From positions 62,001-126,000 of the forward strand of contig FLMG01002723.1 of the NCBI GenBank assembly GCA_900088475.1: DNA of 64,000 nucleotides. The letters are read 5' to 3'. This DNA is from Hyphochytrium catenoides. Lineage: Eukaryota > Protista > Hyphochytriomycota. Position 1 is the stretch's first letter, and the number at the start of each line of letters is the position of its first letter. This document shows, piece after piece, positions 1 through 14,325 of the stretch. A program made the position numbers and the translations under genes. The notes under the pieces are model-generated. The model made no database searches. It was given only the letters and a program-made list of their open reading frames with translations, and had not been told where the DNA came from.

Positions 1-3000
1 TTCCTATGAAGCAACCATTATGTCTCTGACAACTCTCAACATCTGATATTCGGCCGTGAGGGTTGTACCTGTTCCGCTTTCTTGTGAGCAGCTCTTCGTG
101 CTTCATCCTTCCTTTTGTCCTCTTCTATTATAAGTTGGTACTCTTGAGGACTTGTCTGGCGCAAGTTTTCAAGCTTGAGAGCTCGTTCCTACATCAAAGA
201 AGAATGAGACATTAGGCAAGAGCTTTATGCGATACTAAGGCTGCAAAGTAAGAGCTCTGCCAAGTAAAGACGGGTCGTTCCCAGAATAAAAACGGTTAGA
301 TGTACCTGCTCCAATTGCTCCTTTATGGACTGGTTAAAAGCTAAACTGACTTCTTCCTCCTTTCGCATCTGCAGCAGGGCAGTCATCTACGAGGAAGCAG
401 AGATTAATTAGAATCTTATGCTTCTGCTTGCTACCGCACCCTACCGTCGTCTACGAGTTGAGCCGCAGTCTCTGTTGAAAATACCATCATCCGATGCTGC
501 TTCTTACCTCGTCTTGGCGCTGATCATCCAAAAAGGCAGCATACTTGAGAAGCACAGCTTGCAAGAGTACATGTCTCACAATACTAAGGAAGGTACCCTC
601 CTCAACAGGTTCTCCAGGTCTGAGGAGTTCACCAAGTGGGTACACCGAGAGCTGCTCCCGGTAGCATAAGTTGGTAACAAACTCGTCATCCAAAACGCTC
701 ATTATCTTGCAAGTAGAAAGAGAAGTTAGAGGCTGCGGAAGGTGGCGCTTAACGTAGCAATAGCGGAAGGACTTTGGTTCCGCTAGACAGACCTAAGATT
801 AACAATTTCTATTCGTCTATTAGGCAGTTTTAGTCTGGACGGGCACGTAGAGGTGGAGAAAGAAATCACCTTTGTGAGAGACTGCGGAAGTTTGCGATAT
901 ACGTGCTTTATCGCTTGCTCCACCTGCGGGTGCAAAGTGTCCTCGGCTGACAGGTCAAGCGTGCGGATCTCGGGCGGGCGAGTAGTGTCTTGGATGTGGT
1001 AGTCCGCGTAAGCGAGGCGAATAATCTCTTCCACCTCCATGCTCTTAAATGATGCCTGGAATGACTGATAGAATAAGGATTCTGGAGCTGAGAGTAAGAG
1101 TTCATCCTGCCATCTTTGGATGCAAGTCGCCCGGAAGCAGATGGAGAATTGAAGTTAGATATGTTTACCACCTTCTTCCTTCGTCCCTTCTGCCGATCTG
1201 CTTGTCTCTCTTCTTTGCGCCATATCTAGTATCGTCGACCTAAACCGACTCTACTGGGGAAACCCAATGATCTCCAACAACAAGGCAGCCAATCAAGCGT
1301 ACCTTAGCGCTCCTTGTCTAGGAGCAAAAGATGCTAGCCATGAGGGCGGCGAGCTTGTATGGCCAAGAGGATGAGCGGTGCTTTGATTGTCAAAGGTAAC
1401 ATGGGTTGCCTCCAGAACAGGCTGTTGGAGAGCCTGGAATGACGACGGAATTGGTTCAGATAGCTTAGGCATCCTTGCAGTGAGCAGCACATAGTTCCGA
1501 CTGTGAAAAAAGGTGTGCTTGAATAGATACACGTCAATAGCACCATCAGTCGGCAATGTCTGGGTGTCAAGGACGTAGTCTGCGACGCGTGAGACAATGG
1601 AGTGGGGCGGAGTCATGCGCCAGACGCAGGGGAAATGCGCAAGGCGGTAGGGTGTTAGATGTACAGCCAGAGTTCTAGATGGCAGGGAGAATTCACCTGA
1701 CAATGGCCCGGAGACAAGCTGCCTGCCCTGGAGGATGCTCAGTGCACTGCTGATGGAGGTGCTGGCTGCTATTCCCAGCCCTCCCGATAACAATACGAAG
1801 TCGCGGCCCTCACCCTATTACAGTGAGTATTGACCTCGGTTATTTGCTAGCTGTGGACTCCCAATTGCCTCTTCTGGTCTGTTACCTTTGCCTTCCACTC
1901 AAATAGGGTCGAAATAACTTTGAGCAGTTGCTTGGGAGAACGCGACCATCTAAGGAGCTGAGGATTGGTCTGGGAGATAAAGTTTACAGAAGTGTGGGAT
2001 GGACATGCTTCAGGTGGATGGCCAACGTGACCGCGGTGACTAGTAATGGTGAGTAGAACAGGAATATTGCTTTTCGAAAGCAGCCAAGAGCATAAAAGCT
2101 GGTCATTAAAAGTCGGTAATGACGAATTGAAATGACAAAGACCCAAGGTTCAAATACGCTGTTGTCCTGACTCCAGCCCTGCGGAGCCAGATACAAGTTC
2201 TAAGTGTTTGATCTGACCTGCGTGATATTGCGTATCTCTTCATCTTGCGACAGTCCAGAGCTCTCATCTCCTTTGCTTTCTGAGAATAGCAGAAGTGGTG
2301 TCTCGGTCACCAATACCAGAAGTTTAACAGAGGGATCGGCTAATAGGCGAGTAAGTTCGTCCCAGGTTTTATCTGAGATCACTGGCGGCTGAGTGTAAAC
2401 AGACGGTGGCGACGAGAGGAAAGGACTGTCATTAGTCGGCCCCGATCGCAAGTCGACAGGAAAGCAAGGGAGACAAGCAGGATAAGATAGGCACCGAGTA
2501 CGATCTTGACCCACCTCATCGTAAGGCGTTTCTGACTCTCTTTCAGCCCAAGTCGCTTCCTTCATCGCAGGCGCCACGCATCGTTGGTCTATGAAAAAGT
2601 AACAGAGGCCACCCAGTCGCACCATGCCATCTTGCGGACCCTCTAAGGAAAAAGATGCAGGTAAATGACTGCAAAGGGCATCGGAGGGTAATGCAGATTG
2701 AACTACTGGCCAGAAGCTAAGGGAGGAGTAGGAGAGAGTCAACGGAAGCCGAGCCTTGGCAGAGAGAGAGTGTGTGCTAGGGGAGGAAAACGGTACGAAC
2801 AGCAGCGAGCTAACCATGGCTTAATGACTCGGCCGAGGCAAAAAGATGCCTCTGATATTGCAGTTGCGTCTGCTTGACAATCTCTACCATCATATCTAGA
2901 GCATCGTCCAGCCCTTTGTGCTCCATCCTCATTCTTTCAACGAGATCCAACGGGTAATCCTGGCCGCTTCTCAGCATGATATTGGGGCAACGCGATAGCA

Positions 3001-6000
3001 CCTGTAGTACAATTCAATGGAAGTAGGTGGCTTGAGCAAGAGGTGGGTAGCTTGTGAAGTCGTTAAGCAAAGAGAGAATAAATTGAAGAAGAGAGAAAGT
3101 GGAAGACGGGTTACAATGGATCCTTGCCTTCCTGGTGGCGGGTGCATTCCATGCTGCCCTGTACGCCTCCCTGACTTTGTCTGTCATGATGGCTCGAAGA
3201 TACTTCCTCGCCCGAGGGTCTCCTGCTTTGAGCTCATGCTGGAGCCATAGTGCACCTTCCACGAATAGCTCGCGGAGCTGAACCTGAAGCAAGAAACAGG
3301 TTTATCGTCCCCCCATCATACGACGTGGTTTGAAGTCTAACGTTTCCGGCCCAGTTCCTTCTTTGAAGTGACCCTGCATGTAAAGAGCTAACCTGCATGT
3401 CTTAATCCCTCGCATACCGCTCACTTCTAAACGATATTGTACTGTTTGCCATCCCCTACCTATACGGCCCTCACTTACCTGGCCTCCCAAGTGCAAAATG
3501 GCTGAAATATTGTTCCACGGAACTTCTAGCTGTTTCTCCAACTCATGCCAAAGCACCTTGTCATCAGGACCCAGAGCAGCTGGACTGTTACCGCTCACCG
3601 CAATCAGGCTGGACAATTCTGGGTTAAAGGCAGGAGTGCTAAAACATCCCCGCCTACTCTCCCCGTTGTCCACCTGAAATGGAAGTTTGATGATTGACAG
3701 TGGAGAACATGCGGGTTAGGACTGGCCTGGAGTTGCGTAAAGCCAGAGGAGCTTGAAGGTGACAGGCACGATACAGGAAGAAAATAAGGACCATCAATAG
3801 CACCACTCAGCTTGACATCACTGGCAAGGTATTTAAAGCTCCAATAGATTCACTCACTCCTTCGTAATCTATGAAGTAGCGTCGTGCTGGTCTCAGTCTG
3901 CTGAAGGCAAAAATTTGCGGCGAGTTCTTCTTCATCTCTCTCCTCTCTCTGAACTCCTCCCTCGAAAGCGAATCCGTTAAGATCATCGTCACGTTCTCAG
4001 GAGTAGAAACCTCAAGCAGAATAAGGACTGTAGCCGCCTGGCGGAGGTCTATGGGGTCCACGTGAACCGTCAACCTCCCAATCACAGGTCCGACGGTAAT
4101 TCGACATTCGCGGCTAGACATGGGCAGAAGAAGGCCGATGGTCATGAACAAGAAGAAACTTAGTGCGGCATGGAACTTTCTAAGCAATGTGGGAAGTAAT
4201 GGCGGCTAAGTTAGTTCTATCAGAGAAGGCGTTGTGGAATGGTGTTGGTAGTTGGAGCTAGGGAAGAGGCCATTCACGAGCGACAAAGAAGGTGAGTTAG
4301 GAAGGCGCAACGACTTGGTCCGTGTAAAGAGGCTTCATACCTCTCCCTGTCATAGTCCTTGAAATACAACTCTGCGTCCGCGGCCGACGGATCTGCGCTG
4401 ACGTGAATGAAGGCCAGACTGTGGCCTCTCTTTGACGGAAAGGGTTTGTGACTATAGTGAAATAGTCCCAGTATGTTGCCCTCAAGCGAAGGCAGAAAGA
4501 GGGATGGACAGTCCGTGACGGGGCTTAGGATCACCTGGCGTATTGTAGTGCTCTGGCGGGAAGAGCGTATCTGGGTGGCAATGCCTGCGTGACTAGGAAC
4601 CTGAAACCGACCGCCACCAACACAGAAAAAGAGAACTGTCAAAACGTAGCAATGAGCTTGCTAGAAGTAGTGGAAATGACCAGAATGGGGAGAGAAATGG
4701 ACCCTAGACGACTGGAACCTGATAAAGGAGAATGGATACACGTTCCATAGCCCTCTCATAGCATGCTTACCAGCCTCGCACTCCTAGCCCGTGCGTCCGT
4801 TGGGCCTCTGAGGTTACTCCTTTCGCCACAGATGATGATTGCGTCCCTGCCACTTTTCTCAAGCTTCCAGCTGCAAATTTGCTCTAGCACTTCAACCAGC
4901 TCACTTTCCTTGAAGCTCCAGAGGTCCTCATAGTCGTCTGGGGAACATGGTGGTATCCTTTCTTCCCCTCCAACGCTTCCAGCCTCTCCTCCTATGACTC
5001 CCGCCTTGTTTTTCTTCCGCGCAGCCTTAAGCTCACGAGCAGATGCCCAGACAAGCGGAAGCTCCGAGACAATGATCAGACACAAAATCTGCGGCAGGGA
5101 AAGGGCATATGCCAAAGAAAAGGGATCTGAGGCATTAAGCAAGGAGCCGCCCTGCTTTCATGACGCCATAGGGATGTAAAGGATCAGGTGGAGGAAGTAT
5201 GGTAAAGTTAGTGTGGGTAAGTGATGGTAGACGAGTGCAGAATGGGATAGTACTTGGCGCGGCCACGTCTGAAACGCATAAACCCACCGTTAACGTGCCG
5301 TCTGCTCGCTGTCTGTGGGCTTTGGTGTCCATCATCAAGATCGCAACCTGACCAAACTTAACAGAAGGAGATCGGATGGTTCTATGAAAACTCTAGCAAA
5401 ATCAAAAGTAAATTTGGAATGAAAAGATTGATAACCAGAACTTAGGTCAGGGACAGCTCGACAAGAGGTCGAGCCCCAATTAGGGATTATTTGCTTATAA
5501 CGGGGAAATCCGACGGGAAAGGTAGGTTGGATGAGGCCATACCAGTATGACATTTTGATGACTGGAGTTCACAGGTATCTCCACCTTATCAGGGTTCCCT
5601 CCGCCCAAAATATCCTCGCTGTACTCATAAAGCTGCTCCTGATACTGAAACCACGCCTTGCGACCAAGCGAAAGGGAAGTCTCTGGGTCTAAGGGTGGAC
5701 ATTAACAGGTGCCACAAGGAGAAGCACCGATAGGTCAAGCCTCTTACCCAGTTGCAGTCCTTGTGTGATACTCTCCATGCCTTGGTTGATATCATTCAGG
5801 CTCCAAAGAGGGAGATGGGAGCAGGAGTTTAGCAGCTGCTGCAAGCCTGGCCAGTTCCACGTCCGTCGGTACTGATCTCGTAACCTCTCTAAAGCCTCCC
5901 GCGAGTTGAATGATGAGCTTTTGATATAGTCTGGAAGGGTTGATATGGGTTGCTTTCCTACGGCGCAAAGTTCGAGAGTTAAGTTCGTAAGTGCCAACGT

Positions 6001-9000
6001 GTCAGAGACCAATTGTTCCGCCTCTTGTGTTTCTTCCTGCGCGGTCGCCCCATCCGAAGAGACTTTCTCTATGTTGAACCCTGCTCGTGCCGATGTTGAC
6101 AACATGGACGCATAGTGTCTCCTCAAATGGTTTAGGTTTCAGTATCTTTTCTACATTAATATGAGAATTCCTGCTCCTCAAGCGGATAATAGAGATAGAC
6201 GCGTGCGCACCTCTGTTCTTTACAAGGGAGAGATGGTTCTTCATCAATCTTGCCGAACGGCGACCCACTTGACTACCAGCATGCACCAGGACATCAAAGG
6301 GTTGTCGTATGGCCGAACGTGAGGCGTGAATATCCGTCCAGAGGTTTGCAGTGGGAAGGTCCGCAGCCGTGAAGACTTGCAATGGGGAGAATGTAACGCT
6401 TGATCTTTTCATCTGGCCCAATAGTGATGACCGCCTGGCTCGAATGCCTGAACGGAAGCAATGGGGAGCCCGTAAGGAAGGTGGTGGGCGAGACTCCACG
6501 TGGAGCAATAGAGGAAGCGAAGATACGATACACAGATGATTTTGCTGATAGAGAGATCTCAAAAGCGAAGAGCAAGTTTTTAATGGTGTGAACTGCGGGA
6601 AGCTCTTGTAGATATATAAGATTACACTGGCGAAATATATGGCCCTGAAGAGATAATATATGAAAGAACTTTAAGGTAGCAGGGATAAAAGGTCATTTCA
6701 CTTACTTTGAGGATCACTGCCTTCATCTTGCCTATATGCCTCATCAAGCTGCACAAGTGGTCTCACGAACCCAGCGGGGATAGAAGGAGACGATAAGGAA
6801 TCCCAGAACTCCTTTTCTTCTTCTGGAGCGAGCGCTAACGGATCATTGCCATAGACGAACCCAAGGCGAATGCTGGAGAGGACTCTAGGGAAAGTTTGGA
6901 CTACTCCTGGTGGCGTCGGAGGATTTAATACACCCTGAGATAGCGAAATAAAATGAGCCTCAGAGGTAGTAACAAAGCAAGTGCCATCTGACACCAAAAA
7001 AATGAGTAACCAAAGCTATGATCTGATGGAGCCGTAAAACCTCCTTACGGGGTAAGAGTAAATTGAAACAATGGCATACAAGCAGTTTAGACATGAAGCG
7101 GTGCAATATGGTGCCTGCAAGTATAGGCCCGGCTCTACAAAGGGATATCTTCAGAGCCCTGATGCTATAAACTGACCTCAACATGAAGTAGATATCTCGT
7201 GTTCGGGCTGAGGTCACGAAACTGGAAAGCCCTAGGCTCATAAGGTAGCATGTCTACCGTGACCCCGTGCCTGTACAAGGGATCGGCGAGCATGCCCGAG
7301 GTTTAGCGTGATAATAGCGAGGAGGTAGGTCAAACAAAGCAATTACGATTTTGAACGCAGAGTGCGAGTAAAGGTTGCCAAGTAAAAAAGCCTCATCAGA
7401 AACCAGAAGTGTGTACGACGGGTTGCCTCTTAAGACTAGACGGTATGCATCGGATTGTCTCTCGGTACCGTTGCTGTTTTTGCTCATTGCTCAGTATGCA
7501 GGTAACACGGGATCGACTGTCCACTTCCACCAAGACTCGAGCTGTGGAAGAGGTTATTTGACCAACCACTGGACCAACCTAATGATAGAAGGCCCAAGCA
7601 AGAAGTGAGGACAGACATCCACCTCATCAAGGAAGAGCACCAGTGACAGATACTAACACTATAGAGAAGAAAAAGGTTCATATCCAAGCGATATTAGCTG
7701 TCTAATAGATTTCTAGCACGTTGCTACTAGCCTCACACAAGCATACCGTAATCTGGGCGTACGCTTGTTGAGGATAGAAGATCCCGGATACTTTGGCTTG
7801 GAGGGGATGGTCGAGGACCTTAAGATCCAACAAACCGTATGGCGCTACAGTGTATCGTGGGATAGAGAAATGAGAGTGGAGGTAATGAGGCACGAGAAGT
7901 CTGACAAAGGTGAAAAGCGAGATAGACGATGGAAAGCGTGTAGCAGCGTATATAGAGCTCTAAATTTCACACAACAACAGACACGGCTAAACTGTACCGG
8001 CCGACGGAAGTGAGTTGGAAAGGGTTCCGTCTTCGACTCTGCATATGAATGGTCCCAAATGGAACTCTGTGGCAGAGCTTGTCTTTGCTGGATCTGAATC
8101 TTTTGCAGACCTTGCGCTAGCGCTATCTTCCCTTGTCATCCAAGAGGAAGATACTTGAAACTCAGTTAGCAGTGGCTCTTCTCTCTGGAAATGTGAGACT
8201 CTGATCGACACGTTCTTGCCTACCCCTGCTAGTGCGGAACTGACGATGGCGATATCTCTTCTCGAGTCCTTAAGTCGAGATTCAGTGATTAGAAAAGGTG
8301 AATAACAGCTGTGCCCCTTTGTCCCCCATCCCTGAGTGTCTCGCGTATGTATATATCCTCCTTTCCCTTAGGGTATCTGCCTCTTCTGTCTGACCTAGTA
8401 TTTCACTTACCATTGCTTTCCATACCATCAGAAGTTCAAGAAGCTCCACCAGCGTCTTTCCGTGGCTCCACCATTCGCTTTCGGCGTCAGAAGAGAGTGG
8501 AAGAAGAGGGAAAGAGCTGATGAGGAGGATGGTACTCTTCGCTCCTTCGTGCTGAAGGATAGTCTGGAGAGCCCTGAGATGGGAGACAGATAGGGCTTGC
8601 CCCTCTGATGTGCCATTGATATAGGCATCTTCGCTGGTATCCAACAACAAAACAAGGCAGGTTCCGAAAGCCTTTTTCTGTACCCCCAACTTGCCTAGAG
8701 AATCTTGAGAAAACGCTGGTGAAGAGATAGAACAAGGGGGAGTATAGTAGATATCAGAGCCAGTTGTCACCAAGAGCTGGTGCTGATATTCGTGCACGGC
8801 ATCCCAGATGATTCTCCTCAAGCTGGGGTGATAGAGCTGTCGTTTTGAGTGAATGCCTAATTCAGGGGGCATTGGCAAGATTAGTCAGGATGCGGAATGC
8901 ACAAAAGTAAGAAGTTTTTTGTTCGAACAAGGACCACGCCAGGCTGTGGACATGGCGGAGGATGGTACGACATAGACCACAAGGATAAAAGCAACACCTA

Positions 9001-12000
9001 CCTCCTAGATCAGGGAGGCTAACTACTAGAAAATTTGAAGCGTGAGAGAGGACCTCGCTTCTGCCGGGAACCGTCCACAATCGGCGGTAAGCTTCTTTCA
9101 CCCTCTTTTTTACTCTCTCTGCTGCTTGGCTCATTATTTTAAAGAGAGCGTTCCTTACCCCCTCACCACCTTCGCCTTTGTTACTTTCAACTCCATCATC
9201 ACTCTTAGCATATCGGTCAGGGCCGCTCCACATGTCGAGTAGCGGAGGGTCCACCGCCTCGTCCAGCGCAAAGGCTAGCGTCTGTCTTAACTCACAAAAG
9301 AGGGAGGACAACTCATCCTCTAAGCATATCTGGCCGGAGTTAAAAGTAGATTAGGTCGTAGAAGTGGGTCGTGGGAGATTAACCTTCATTATCGCAGAGC
9401 TGCGATGACGGAGCATCTATCATGTGGGAGATCTTAATGGCACCCAGCAGGACTGTACGATGGCTCACCTGTCCTGCCAAATGTACAATAAAGTGAAATG
9501 GCGGCCTAGGGGACATCTGTGCGGAGCTGAGTCCGTCCCATACAGGGCAATCGGGATTACTGCCTCCCGCAAGGGTCAAGAAGGAGAGGGACAAAGGATG
9601 CTGTGGCAGTGTCCTCAAGCATCCTACGTGTGATACTCCAGATGCAACCCCCTATATTGAGCTTGGCTGAGACTTAGGTAAAGGTAGACACTTTCGAAGG
9701 AAGATTGTGAATGCTGGCCTAGGCCAATAGAATGCGGACATACAGCAACCGAGAATATCACCTTTAACGAGGTTCTGCCTCCTACCTGGAAGTATACCAG
9801 GTAGCTCCGCTCAGGCTCGAGGCCTGTAACTGTCAGAACCTTAGGGACGTTAGCCTCCATTCTCTGTTTCTTCTTCATCCTGCGCAATCATTTTAGACAG
9901 TCAACGCTTCAAACACATCTCATTTTGCATAGCAGTGCTATCTTTGCGATGCATCGTCTCTCTCGCCGCTCTAAGGTGAGACCTTGTTTCACAGTCTTAA
10001 TTACCTCCTACATACGATTATATGATTCCTTTCACAGTCAGCACTATTTGTACTTACGTGTTGAGGCTGACTTGCTCTACCAGTAGGCAGTCGATGGTAC
10101 AGTCTTGGTCGACCTCAAGTAAGATGCAAGCGAAGGTGCTATTCACCTCTCCGATAACAGGCCCCAACTTCAAAGGACAAGAAGGAGGTTAACCAAACTT
10201 AAAGCCAAGCGTGATGCAAACGGCTGAGTCCGTGATGAAGCAATGCCGTTCGTACCACAATATTTGGCATTGGAAACGCCAGAGCCCGAACATACTCGCG
10301 TTGCTGGGACGATATGTAGTCACCTGCGCAGTCAATCACCACGTAGGGACACCAACCCTTGAACTCGTCCGTACCGTCTATTAGAGAGAGAGGGAACTCG
10401 ATGAGGACGGTCAAGCCCGGTCGCAGTCTCAGCAGGAAGATGTAGGAACATTAAGGACAGCAATTGATCAAGAGATACAGGCCAAGACCACGAAAGAGTG
10501 AAGAGTAATCTCAACCATCCTGCTTCTCGACACATTTCACATGCGCTTTGTGATACGCTGTATACTGCTTTCCAAGGGTTGAGGTCGCGGTAGTGACCTG
10601 ACCCCCTAAAGGATTGATACTTGTATCGCTCGAGGTTGTCGGAAGGGTAATGTTCCAGGAAGTTAGGGAAATCTGTGTCAGGACAATTTTCTCCCTGACA
10701 TCCCCAGCATCTTCAAAAGCAGAAGAACAGACGGCCGTCTCAACTGGACAGTGTATGCACGGTGAGAAAGCTAGTACATGCCTGTCTTCATGTCTGTCTT
10801 CTCCCTGAGTGAAGATTGCATTAGTATCGACAAGCAGATATGTATAAAACTCACTAGTCGTTGACTTCCTACAGATGAGCACACTTTGAGTTCTCTCTAA
10901 CAGCTTGGTACTCTCACAGATCTAAGGGGTCGGATGGCGGTAAGCCGAGATCAACCTGGTCAAAAAAACCCTGGACAGCATTCATTATTCCTTGTAGGGT
11001 CTGTAGGCGGCTCCCCTCTTCTTCATTATACCCAACAGGAACCAGAGGGTCACAATTTGAGAAAATCAGAACTTGGAGGGGACCGTTAATCTCCTCATTC
11101 AGGCACTTCATGATGCCTTCGGACACCTGGAAAGGCACAAGTGACAGATCCCATGAGCCCAGGCTATTTTGCCTAGAAGAAAAACACAACTGTAGACTGT
11201 GAACATGAGGCTCATAACGCAGAGGGCAACAGCAGACGGTATCTAGCGCGTCTGGTTTGGCCTACCGAACGGAATGCGCCTGCGGAAGTCGTACAGCGCG
11301 AAATTATAAGGACCGCGTCCCCAAGCTGCAGAATGTCAGCGGACGTATTGCTGCCCTCTTTCTGTCGCTCCTCGCTTTCCCAGTCACTGTGTGCCCCGGT
11401 TGCTCCCCCACTCCTTCCAGCGCCACCTTCGGGTGGACCAAAGTATTGGTCCTGCAGCTCCTTGAAAGATCTCTCGAGTTTGTCAACGGCTCCGGGAAAA
11501 CGAGAGAAAACTGTCTCCCTGAGCTCTGGAGGAAGGTCTACCCATAGATCAGCTAGGAGGGTAAGCTTAGCCAGAGGTACTCTGCGATATCCCTGTAAAT
11601 ATTGTCTCTATAACAGGTTTGTACTTGCGTACCTCGCCCTTCCAACCCTTTCCCCGGTGCCATATCCTACACTTCGACCTCAGCCCCTTACCTTTGTTGT
11701 AGACAAAATAGCTCGCTTTGCTAGCAAGAGTCCAGCGTACTAGCGGTAATGAGAGAGCCTTTAAGAAAAAATCTCTGAGGCCTCCTCTCACCGCATTGAG
11801 TCCCTACGAGGAGGACGTGAGCGTTCAATACGACAGGCAGAAGGTAGCAACAGAGAGTCTTGAAGAAGCTGTAAGGGTCGCTGTACCTGATTCTCATTGT
11901 CAGCGATGAGTATACGAAGGAGCTCTAAAACTGTTTCCTTTGGAGGGATGAGTGGGCGGAGGTGAACTATCGCTTTATATTCCATCATCTTGGTTTGTTC

Positions 12001-14325
12001 TTGTCGTAATGGACTTAGAATGGGAGAGAAATGAAATTGAGAGGTAAGAGAACGAAGTTTCTTTACACTTTTATGCATCCACGATGAGTGAGATTGAAGA
12101 AGGACAGCTTGCGTACCTCTGACCGATAAGGTTTGGGCTCAAAGCACTTGTTAAGACTAGTAGAGGGTATGAATGCTCCTCTTCTCCTTGCTCTTTATCT
12201 TGGGGCTGTCCTTCACTTTCGGCCTCTCGCTTTGGCACTTTCCCATCCTTGTGAAATTTCCGCAGTTGTCGAGGCATTGGAGGAGTATGGAGGATGCAGC
12301 TGGGGCATCTACTATCCCTGCCGTTCACTTTGTAGAACTGAACGATATATGTGCTCTCTGGGAGGAGACCATCAAAGATGAAAGATGATGGCAACCCCCC
12401 TCGTATCTCCTGTCGTTGCACAGCATAGTTGCCACCGGTGGGACACGTTCTTTTGATGGAGCAGACAACTGCGGGTGAATAGGGCCGACAGGGAAGACAA
12501 GCCAGGAAGACGAAAAGGTGAGGGCGGGACCATTAGCAAACCACGCAAAGAGAACACAAGAGATGAACGAATGGTGGGAAGCCACAAAATGCTGCCAAAC
12601 GATGTCTCTAGGTTAAACCCGGGATTAGACACACTAACCTTCCGCTGACTGGCTAATCTCTATTAGAACTCTCGCCTTCGAGGAGGTAACCTATTTGGAA
12701 AATGGTCATCCTTCTCTTGGCCAGCTGGGAGCGGCGCTGATCAAAGCAGCTTGAATACAGGAGAAAAAGGAGAACTGGAAAGTAATAAGAGAAACGGAGT
12801 TCGGTGAAGTAAAGCGTTAAAAAAAGAGAGCAAGTACTCTATGACTAAGGGAACGGGAGACAGTCACGTAAGTTTGGGGCACAAAGGGAGATTGAACAAA
12901 GGCTACCTCATGAACTATAGGTCCCGCCACCATAAACGGAAAGGAGAGCTCCGAGAAGGAGGAAGTGAGTCTCCGATGGTTCTGATCATCTGCCATGGAT
13001 GTGAGAAGTGCTTGTAATCTCCCCAACAGCTGATCTACAGCTATATAAAGTCGAGGAAAGAGGTCCAGGTAGCGTGAGAAGCCTCTCACTAGGTCGTTAT
13101 CCCTCGCCCACTGTTGGAGTTCCTCTATGTTGATGGCATCTCTGAGTAAATGAGGAGGAAGAACAGGCGGAAATAGGATGTTTGAGAAAGCCATAAGTTC
13201 AGAATTGAAGATCAGAATTGAAGACCAGAAGCAAGGAGGGAGAGGTGACCAGGGAACAACTGCTTCACAAGGATTAAACCGCTTCACAGATGAGAACGTT
13301 GACGACTGCAGGGTTGTAGAACATAGATCAGGGTTGGGACAGAGACCTTAGTAGGCATGGATGCCAGTCCTACCTCTTCATAATACTAGCTTCCATAAAA
13401 GCGGAGGCGCTGACTAAAGATGCCACATCCCCCATTTTGAGACCTTCCCCGGGATAAAGTCCGAGGCGCTGCAGCCCCGAAAGGACAGAGCGAACTAACA
13501 TCGACAGCTCGTCTTCTGAGATCTCGTCTGCCCGGTCAAAGTCGAACATTTTGAACAGGACGTTCAGTTTGTCCACAATGCTCCCTCTTCCTAGAATGAT
13601 CCAAACACTGAAGAGCTACGAAACGGAGGAAGCAGCAACGTCAGAGAACCCAGCCCCCGAGTAGTCTCTAAGACCAAGCCTAAAACTCTTTGAGTGGATG
13701 GGGCGCAGCCATTGAGATAACACGATCCAGAAGAGAGCCCATGCCAAAACTGCAACAAGTAAGGAACTGCCAACCGTCAGTGAAGAAAGACGTGATGCCA
13801 TGGCTGAGACGATAAGGCGGTTCACTTTCATTGAAAGAGTAGCCTTCAGAAACACTGCGTTACCTCGAGAAGGTCCACCACCCCATCTTCCGCGCCTTCA
13901 AAAAGCTCGAACACTTCTCGCAGGGTGATGTGTTCGTCGAAGCTCTCTTCCTCCTCACCGTACTTCCTAATCTTTAGCAATATACTTCGGTCGACGGTCC
14001 GCTCTCCGTGGAGCTCTGGGGCTGAAGGTGGACGTGAAAGATAAGCCTCAAAATGAGGAGCAGGTAGCTCTTCACCCTCTGCTTCCTCCTTCTGCTTGGG
14101 TAGGGATCTAGTAAGGAATTTCCTCCTGCCCACTAGTTTGACCAGCTCCTCGTAGTCCAAGGAGTAGACACTTGGGTCATCGTCTGCTCTCTGTGCGAAG
14201 TGCATCCGAAACAAGTCATTGACATCTTGTACATCCCACTTGCTGGCCGCCTCAGCAAAGTTGAGTAAGTACAGCAGGCGCATCCTGCTGAGCTCCGAGG
14301 GTATCTTCATCCCTCTTCTACTCAT
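1..14325 (-). CDS. Giant multi-exon protein: EF-hand (calcineurin-B/NCS-like) N-terminus, 4 tandem degenerate PhoD-like modules (FN3-like + metallophosphatase fold), coiled-coil C-terminus; 3' end outside window
   Basis: Continuous chain of minus-strand exons. EF-hand: DKLNVLFKMFDFDRADEISEDEL (13370-13576). Module starts: GPIVHEV (~12920), GPVIGEVNSTFACILLEV (~10160), VGPVVGQITSSTARVLVEV (~7575), VGPVIGRLT..VLILLEV (~4090). Each is followed by an F/VxxLxPxxxY FN3 strand (LLPESTY, LEPERSY, LSPNTRY, LRPARRY) and an HL/AxxQV motif (clear in three, degenerate VHLRPL in the first). Last visible exon 69-188 (ERALKLENLRQ...HKKAEQ) ends at a GT donor. Start codon is approximate. Confidence 0.75.
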
